Assembly: GCF_043950625.1 (NCBI RefSeq)
Contig: NZ_CP171007.1
Length of the DNA: 32,000 nucleotides
Direction: 5' to 3' (one strand)
Source: Alkanindiges sp. WGS2144
Lineage (GTDB): Bacteria > Pseudomonadota > Gammaproteobacteria > Pseudomonadales > Moraxellaceae
The notes beneath the pieces are model-generated. The model was not told the origin of the DNA. It ran no database searches and saw nothing but the letters and a program-made list of their open reading frames with translations. Of this stretch, positions 27,060 to 32,000 are shown one piece after another. Within the stretch, counting starts at the first letter, position 1. Every line of letters starts with the position of its first letter. The position numbers and the translations under genes are program-made.

Positions 27060-28223
27060 ATGAATTACAATTCCATTTATTACACACCAGACCACCTCGC
27101 TTTTGCAGAAACAATCCGCAAGTTCACTGCGCAGGAAATCACACCGTTTGTCAATGAATGGGATGAAGCTGAAACTTTTCCACGTGAACTCTATAAAAAA
27201 GCAGCTGATATTGGCCTACTGGGTCTGGGCTACCCCGAAGCTTATGGCGGCACACCAGATATCGATGCGTTTTATACACTCATTGCAACCACTGAGTTGG
27301 CCCAGTGTGGTTCTGGCGGCGTGCTGGCTTCGTTAACTTCACACAGTATTGGCGCTCCACCTATCAAGAACTTTGGTAGTGAAGAATTAAAAGCTCGCGT
27401 ACTCCCACAAATTTTATCAGGTGAGAAAATCTCGGCACTGGCAATTACCGAACCCGGTGGTGGTTCAGATGTGGCTAACCTCAAAACCAAAGCAGTCCGT
27501 GACGGTGACCATTATGTGGTCAGTGGGGAAAAAACTTTTATTACGTCCGGGATTCGTGCCGATTATTACACCGTCGCAGTACGCACCGACCCCAATGCAA
27601 AAGGTGCCAGTGGCATTTCCATGCTGCTCATTGAAGGTAACACCCCAGGGCTTAGCAAAACCCCACTCAAAAAAATGGGCTGGTGGGCGTCTGATACCGC
27701 TCACCTGCACTTTGATGAATGCCGTGTTCCGGCCAGCAATTTGATTGGCCCGGAAAATATGGGCTTTATGGTGATTATGCAAAACTTTAATATGGAGCGC
27801 TTCTGGCTGGCAGCATCCTGCTATGGTTTTGCCAAGGTCTGCTATGACGAAGCACTGTCCTGGGCACAGGATCGCAAGACCTTTGGCAAGCGGCTGGTCG
27901 ATCATCAGGTCATGCGTCATAAACTGGTGGATATGGCCACCCAATTGCAAACCACGCGGGCTTTACTGGAAGAAACAGCCTGGAAAATGGGACAACCAGA
28001 TCAACAAGGTTCAGCGCTGATCGCCCAGATTTGTATGCTTAAAAATGTTGCTTCACGCACCATGCAGTTTTGTGCCGATGCAGCGGTACAAACCCTGGGC
28101 GGTATGGGTTTTATGCGCGGTACCAAATCTGAGCGCATTTATCGTGAAGTCAAAGTACAAATGATTGGCGGTGGTGCAGAAGAAATCATGAAAGATTTAG
28201 CCAGCCGACAGTTGGGTTATTAA
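27060..28223 (+). CDS. Acyl-CoA dehydrogenase
   Basis: It has ACAD family motifs (ALAITEPGGGSDV, GEKTFITSG, C-terminal QTLGGMGF...ERIYRE.K...IGGGAEEI). The track start at 27018 is a GTG. I prefer the ATG at 27060 (MNYNSIYYTP), but the start is uncertain (27018, 27048 or 27060). Confidence 0.88.
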   Translation: MNYNSIYYTPDHLAFAETIRKFTAQEITPFVNEWDEAETFPRELYKKAADIGLLGLGYPEAYGGTPDIDAFYTLIATTELAQCGSGGVLASLTSHSIGAPPIKNFGSEELKARVLPQILSGEKISALAITEPGGGSDVANLKTKAVRDGDHYVVSGEKTFITSGIRADYYTVAVRTDPNAKGASGISMLLIEGNTPGLSKTPLKKMGWWASDTAHLHFDECRVPASNLIGPENMGFMVIMQNFNMERFWLAASCYGFAKVCYDEALSWAQDRKTFGKRLVDHQVMRHKLVDMATQLQTTRALLEETAWKMGQPDQQGSALIAQICMLKNVASRTMQFCADAAVQTLGGMGFMRGTKSERIYREVKVQMIGGGAEEIMKDLASRQLGY

Positions 28224-28246
28224 TCACATCTCAACCATTCTGTGAG

Positions 28247-28281
28247 AGAGCATTATATTTATGGCTATAATGCTCTTTTTT
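28247..28281 (+). terminator. Rho-independent terminator after the acyl-CoA dehydrogenase gene
   Basis: An 11-bp perfect stem, AGAGCATTATA (28247-28257) with TATAATGCTCT (28266-28276), followed by TTTTT. It lies inside the track's 28242 ORF start, so the next gene must start later. Confidence 0.85.
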
Positions 28282-28298
28282 ATGGTCAGCATTTAAGC

Positions 28299-28850
28299 AT
28301 GTCTATTGGTATTGCAATTTTTACTGGCATTATTATCGGCGGGCTACTCGTCTATTTTATGCTGTCTGGTAGCCGTAACAGTGCGGTCATTGCTGAGTAT
28401 GAGCAAAGAATCCAGCAACTGATGCTAGAGCATCAGCAAGATACTCAGCAGGCGGTCAAAAAAAGTTTAAACACCAGCAGAGCCACCATTAAAGGCCGGG
28501 TTGCAGAACAGTTTGCTCCCCTACTGCCGCAATTTAAATATTTACCGTCGGATGCCAAGTTTCTGGGCGATCCGGTCGATTATGTAATTTTTGATGGTTA
28601 TACCCAATGGCGTGAGGGCAACCTGCCAGTAGAGCACATTGATGTGGTTTTAATGGATATTAAAAGCGGACAGGCCCGTTTAAGCAAAGGCCAGTTGGCA
28701 ATTCAGACAGCTATTGAACAAGGACGTGTACGCTTTGAAACTTTAAGAATTGATGTTGAAGATGAATTTGACGGCGAGGCACCTGAAAGTACGCAACAAC
28801 AAACCCGCTATATCACAGAAGATAAAACCATGCGCAAGACAAAATACTAA
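28299..28850 (+). CDS. Membrane-anchored endonuclease related to archaeal Holliday junction resolvase (COG4741 / Endonuc_Holl-like)
   Basis: 183 aa from the ATG at 28299. An N-terminal TM (IGIAIFTGIIIGGLLVYFML) is followed by a Gln-rich coiled segment. The core is KGRVAEQFAPLLP.F.Y.PSDAKFLG.PVDYVIFDG........IDVVLMDIKSG.ARLS..Q..I..AI..G.V.F. The C-terminal tail is acidic. Confidence 0.7.
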   Translation: MSIGIAIFTGIIIGGLLVYFMLSGSRNSAVIAEYEQRIQQLMLEHQQDTQQAVKKSLNTSRATIKGRVAEQFAPLLPQFKYLPSDAKFLGDPVDYVIFDGYTQWREGNLPVEHIDVVLMDIKSGQARLSKGQLAIQTAIEQGRVRFETLRIDVEDEFDGEAPESTQQQTRYITEDKTMRKTKY

Positions 28851-28913
28851 CATTAAGTCAGCAAGCTATTTGTCTCACCACTTATATATGTTAACTTGCT
28901 CATGCAATTAAAA

Positions 28914-29672
28914 TTAGCTAATCTCGAACCGATAGTGCTGTCCACGCCAGATCCAGTTCACCACGCTTTGTTCAAAGGTATCGCCTTCAAACCACAAAAA
29001 AGCACCTTCCATCATTTGTGGCCAGTCCTGACGGCTAATATGATGCTGGCCTGCCATCACAGAAAATAAGGCTGCCAGAATGGTATCGTGACTCACAGCC
29101 AGTAACAATTGATTATTTTGTCTGGGCAAATGCTCAAACAGTAAGCGTAAAATATCCAAGGCCCCTTGCCATGGCATTTTCATACCAGGTAACTGGTGTT
29201 TTAAAAAGGCATTAATAAACTTTAAGGCACCATATTGCTTAAAGTGCGGCCCGGCCTGTGCCACATCCAGCACAAAACTCCCCGGTTCAACCAACAGGTT
29301 ATTTTGCTCAATATTTAATAAAGACGCATCAATTTTTTTAGTGGTCTCGGCGCCCTTGAGCATCTGACTAGCCGTGTCCACACAGCGCGGGATAGGACTG
29401 CTTAAACAGGCTGTAATTTGTAAATTAGTATACTGTGCCAGCCATTTGCCCCACTCAAAAGCCAGATCACGTCCTATATGCGTCAAAGGAAGCTGATAGG
29501 TTGCAAAACCATTGCTATCGGCCAACTCACGGATGGAGTGACGGGTCAACAATACTAGCGGCTGATTATGTTGCGGGAGCAAATCCACTGCCTGCAACAT
29601 GGAAGCAGGCAAATGTTGGGTTAAGGCATCGGGCACAGGCGAATGTCTAATTATCAATCCATGGATAAACAA
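28914..29672 (-). CDS. Histidine phosphatase superfamily protein (phosphoglycerate-mutase-like branch)
   Basis: It has the LLTRHSIRE (RH catalytic) motif near the N-terminus and a second His in AVSHDTIL. The start is uncertain: TTG at 29672, or the in-frame ATG at Met25 (29600). Confidence 0.7.
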   Translation of the reverse strand: MFIHGLIIRHSPVPDALTQHLPASMLQAVDLLPQHNQPLVLLTRHSIRELADSNGFATYQLPLTHIGRDLAFEWGKWLAQYTNLQITACLSSPIPRCVDTASQMLKGAETTKKIDASLLNIEQNNLLVEPGSFVLDVAQAGPHFKQYGALKFINAFLKHQLPGMKMPWQGALDILRLLFEHLPRQNNQLLLAVSHDTILAALFSVMAGQHHISRQDWPQMMEGAFLWFEGDTFEQSVVNWIWRGQHYRFEIS

Positions 29673-29702
29673 CTATACCATGACTTGCACCCCGAAAGCG
29701 GA

Positions 29703-30584
29703 TTATAAACTTGCCTTAACGGCCTGCTGTGCTGCCTCCAGGGCGGACTGTAAAAAATCACGGTGCCGTACTGCCACAAAGTGACCATTAAGCAAATCGT
29801 GACGCTGATTATATTTAAACGGCTTACCCTGCAAATCAAACAAGCCACCCCCTAGCGCCTCTAATAAGCCCTGCCCAGAGGCCGTATCCCACTCGCTGGT
29901 AGGGTGAAAGCGCGGGTAAACATCAATTTGCCCCTCTAGCATCAGGCAAAATTTATAGGCACTGCCTGCATTGTTACACGCATAGGCCTGCTGACGCTCA
30001 TGCAAGGCCTGTTTGAACTGCTGATAAACCTTCCACTCACTACGGCGGCTAATGGCAATATTCCAGTGCGACACATCGACTGGCTGTGGGGCAATAGTGC
30101 TCCATATCAATTTGTCATCTACGCTATCCACACGGCAAACCGGCTGGTTTGTTTGGGTCAGGTAAATCCGCTTTAAGGTCGGAATACCAATGAGTGCCAG
30201 CTCAACCTGACCATTAATAATCAGCGCTATGTTGACCGTAAACTCACCAGTTTTATTGATAAACTCACGCGTACCATCCAGCGGATCAACCAGCCAGAAT
30301 TCCTGCCAGTCATGGCGTAACTCATGGTCGGATGACTCCTCCGACAGCACCGGAATCAAAGGATTTATACGCAATAACCCCTGCTCAATCAGATGATGCG
30401 CGGCCATATCAGCCTCAGTGACTGGCGACTTGTCCGCCTTATTGCTAATTTGCAGCATTTGGTTTTGTGTGTAATGCTGATAAAATTGACACAGGCGCTG
30501 ATTAACCGTACTGACCAGCTCAACAAGTTGCACAATAACTGCCTGATCAAATCTTAATCCGCGCTCTATCATTTGCTTATTCAT
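29703..30584 (-). CDS. cysQ: 3'(2'),5'-bisphosphate nucleotidase CysQ (inositol monophosphatase family)
   Basis: Collinear with E. coli CysQ (KADKSPVTEADMAAH, PVLSEE, WLVDPLDGTREF, GEFTVNIALI, YPRF.PTSEWDTA). The start may be Met5 (30572), because 30584 overlaps the divergent neighbour. Confidence 0.85.
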   Translation of the reverse strand: MNKQMIERGLRFDQAVIVQLVELVSTVNQRLCQFYQHYTQNQMLQISNKADKSPVTEADMAAHHLIEQGLLRINPLIPVLSEESSDHELRHDWQEFWLVDPLDGTREFINKTGEFTVNIALIINGQVELALIGIPTLKRIYLTQTNQPVCRVDSVDDKLIWSTIAPQPVDVSHWNIAISRRSEWKVYQQFKQALHERQQAYACNNAGSAYKFCLMLEGQIDVYPRFHPTSEWDTASGQGLLEALGGGLFDLQGKPFKYNQRHDLLNGHFVAVRHRDFLQSALEAAQQAVKASL

Positions 30585-30602
30585 CTTTACCGGGAAAATC
30601 TA

Positions 30603-31289
30603 TTGAATATCAACTGGAATACCATTGATCTGGTCATGTTTGACATGGATGGTACGTTGCTTGACCTATCATTTGACAACTTATTCTGGCAGCAGGCTGT
30701 CCCTGAAGCTTGGGCAACCCTGAATCAGCATGCACCGGAATATGCCCAGGAAATATTAAAGCCCATTTTTAAAGCGCAGGAGGGCACGCTCAACTGGTAC
30801 TCCCTGCCCTACTGGAGTGAGCAACTACAACTTGATCTAAGCACGCTCAAAACACAATATCAAGCGCATATTTGTCTGCGTCCACATGCTTTACAGCTTC
30901 TACAGGACTTAAAGCAGGCTGGCAAGCAGCTGTGGCTGGTGACCAATGCCCATCCGATTGTGCTTGAAATCAAAATGCAAAAAACCGGTATTGCTCATTT
31001 ATTTGACCAGCTTATTTCCAGCCATGACCTGGGCTATGCCAAAGAACAGGCGTTATTCTGGCAACAACTCAGCCAACAGTACCCTTTTGAAAAAACCCGC
31101 AGTATCTTTATTGATGATAGCGAACCGGTACTCCAGGCCGCACAACATTATGGTATACCGCATCTGTATGGCATTGCTCAGCCAGACAGCAAATTGCCCG
31201 CACGCCAGCAGTTGAAATTTCCGGCAATAGACCAATTAAATGAGCTAAGCAAAAGTTTATTATGTCTCCCTGTTGAGGAAGCTCTCTAA
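30603..31289 (+). CDS. yrfG: HAD-superfamily nucleotidase, YrfG (GMP/IMP nucleotidase)-like
   Basis: It aligns with E. coli YrfG from the N-terminus (INxxW..xDxVxxDMDGTLLDL.FDN.FWQ..VPE.W, LNWY.L.YWSEQL.LD, TNAHP, FIDDSE). I chose the TTG at 30603 by that alignment. The track's 30573 TTG would overlap cysQ. The start is uncertain. Confidence 0.8.
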   Translation: MNINWNTIDLVMFDMDGTLLDLSFDNLFWQQAVPEAWATLNQHAPEYAQEILKPIFKAQEGTLNWYSLPYWSEQLQLDLSTLKTQYQAHICLRPHALQLLQDLKQAGKQLWLVTNAHPIVLEIKMQKTGIAHLFDQLISSHDLGYAKEQALFWQQLSQQYPFEKTRSIFIDDSEPVLQAAQHYGIPHLYGIAQPDSKLPARQQLKFPAIDQLNELSKSLLCLPVEEAL

Positions 31290-31317
31290 AGGGATATAAA
31301 TGATTAACGGAAAGTGA

Positions 31318-31770
31318 ATGAAAAAAGCTGAAAAAAATTCAGACAGCAAATGTCCGCAAGACACTCAAAGCATGCGGATTGACAAATGGCTATGGGCTGC
31401 CCGCTTTTTTAAAACCCGTAGCATTGCCAAGGAAGCCATCGAAGGCGGTAAGGTTCACCACGACGGTAACCGGGTTAAAGTCAGTAAGGATGTCCGTACT
31501 GGTATGCAATTGACCATCCGGCAGGGCTTTGATGAAAAAACAGTCATTGTTAAGGCATTATCCGAAGTGCGTGGTGGTGCACCGCAAGCACAGATTTTGT
31601 ATGAGGAAACAGCAGAGAGCATTGCCAAACGCGAGTTTTATAGTAGCCAGCGCAAACTCTCTAATCTGGCACGTCCAGATCATCGGCCCAGTAAACGTGA
31701 CCGGCGGCAAATCCACCGCTTTCAGCAAGTAAATTCAATGGGTTACAATAGTAACGATGAAGGCTTTTAA
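31318..31770 (+). CDS. hslR: Ribosome-associated heat shock protein Hsp15
   Basis: It has an S4-like domain, MRIDKWLWAARFFKTRS.A.E.IEGGKV...G...K.S, then LYEETAES..KRE, matching E. coli HslR. It follows yrfG as in enterics. Confidence 0.88.
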   Translation: MKKAEKNSDSKCPQDTQSMRIDKWLWAARFFKTRSIAKEAIEGGKVHHDGNRVKVSKDVRTGMQLTIRQGFDEKTVIVKALSEVRGGAPQAQILYEETAESIAKREFYSSQRKLSNLARPDHRPSKRDRRQIHRFQQVNSMGYNSNDEGF

Positions 31771-31950
31771 GGCAGATTACTAGCGACAAATCATGTCGCA
31801 CCACAACCTTTGACCCCTGTTCACCCTACCCTTTTTTTGTCATTATAGTGCCTGCCCAGGTTGCATTAGCAATAGTAGTAAACAAGGCATCCACTTTAGT
31901 TTTAGAAGTAATAAGCGTATAACCGCTACACAGTCAATGAGGTTGATGAG

Positions 31951-32000
31951 ATGGATGAGAATAAAAGCAAAGCACTCAGTGCCGCTTTAAGTCAGATTGA
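31951..32000 (+). CDS. recA: Recombinase RecA, first 16 codons (gene runs off the right edge)
   Basis: The ATG at 31951 gives MDENKSKALSAALSQI, the characteristic RecA N-terminus, near-identical to Acinetobacter RecA as I recall it. Confidence 0.8.
   Translation, partial: MDENKSKALSAALSQI

Noticed and set aside
27465-27950. A 161-aa ORF antisense to the acyl-CoA dehydrogenase gene. Similar long antisense or overlapping ORFs occur at 1107-1469, 11124-11567, 13044-13706, 3919-4203 and 20517-20825.
   Set aside because: All lie fully inside, or substantially overlap, genes with strong family signatures on the other strand or in another frame. They have low-complexity, Arg/Ser/Pro-biased translations and no SD. 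They look like typical shadow ORFs.

Overview
This 32 kb window looks like chromosomal core genome of an Acinetobacter-like gammaproteobacterium (Moraxellaceae). The taxon call rests on the last 50 nt, which encode MDENKSKALSAALSQI, almost identical to the Acinetobacter RecA N-terminus as I recall it, and on an eyeballed GC content in the mid-40s %. I did not run a database search.

Almost all of the window is housekeeping:
- Coding genes: an acyl-CoA synthetase fragment, M61 peptidase, ndh, slyD, dusB, ddh, a GSP26/PNPOx-like protein, a DUF1615 lipoprotein, proB, obg, a long-form GAPDH, blc, yqhA, uvrB, marC, a YheT-like hydrolase, an aspartate aminotransferase, an ABC-2 exporter pair, queF, an acyl-CoA dehydrogenase, a histidine phosphatase, cysQ, yrfG-like, hslR and the recA start.
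- RNA genes: two identical tandem tRNA-Asn(GUU) genes and one tRNA-Arg(CCG).
- Several clear rho-independent terminators, which helped correct some ORF-track starts.

I found no IS elements, integrases, CRISPR arrays, retron, RT or phage modules, and no convincing multi-gene novel system.

The places most worth a second look are:
1. A 0.9 kb interval between the tRNA-Asn pair and tRNA-Arg. It holds a membrane-anchored DUF2726 nuclease-fold protein converging, stop to stop, on a small 4-Cys membrane protein.
2. A membrane-anchored endonuclease related to archaeal Holliday-junction resolvases (COG4741-type).
3. A 0.8 kb non-coding gap containing a 55-aa ORF with a strong SD (missed by the ORF track) and a 10-bp perfect hairpin.
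4. A Corynebacterium-type meso-DAP dehydrogenase with a structured leader.
5. SLT-like catalytic motifs inside the DUF1615 lipoprotein.
6. An ABC-2/queF/orphan-ORF co-directional cluster.

All functional calls come from motif and family recognition by eye. None has been verified by search.
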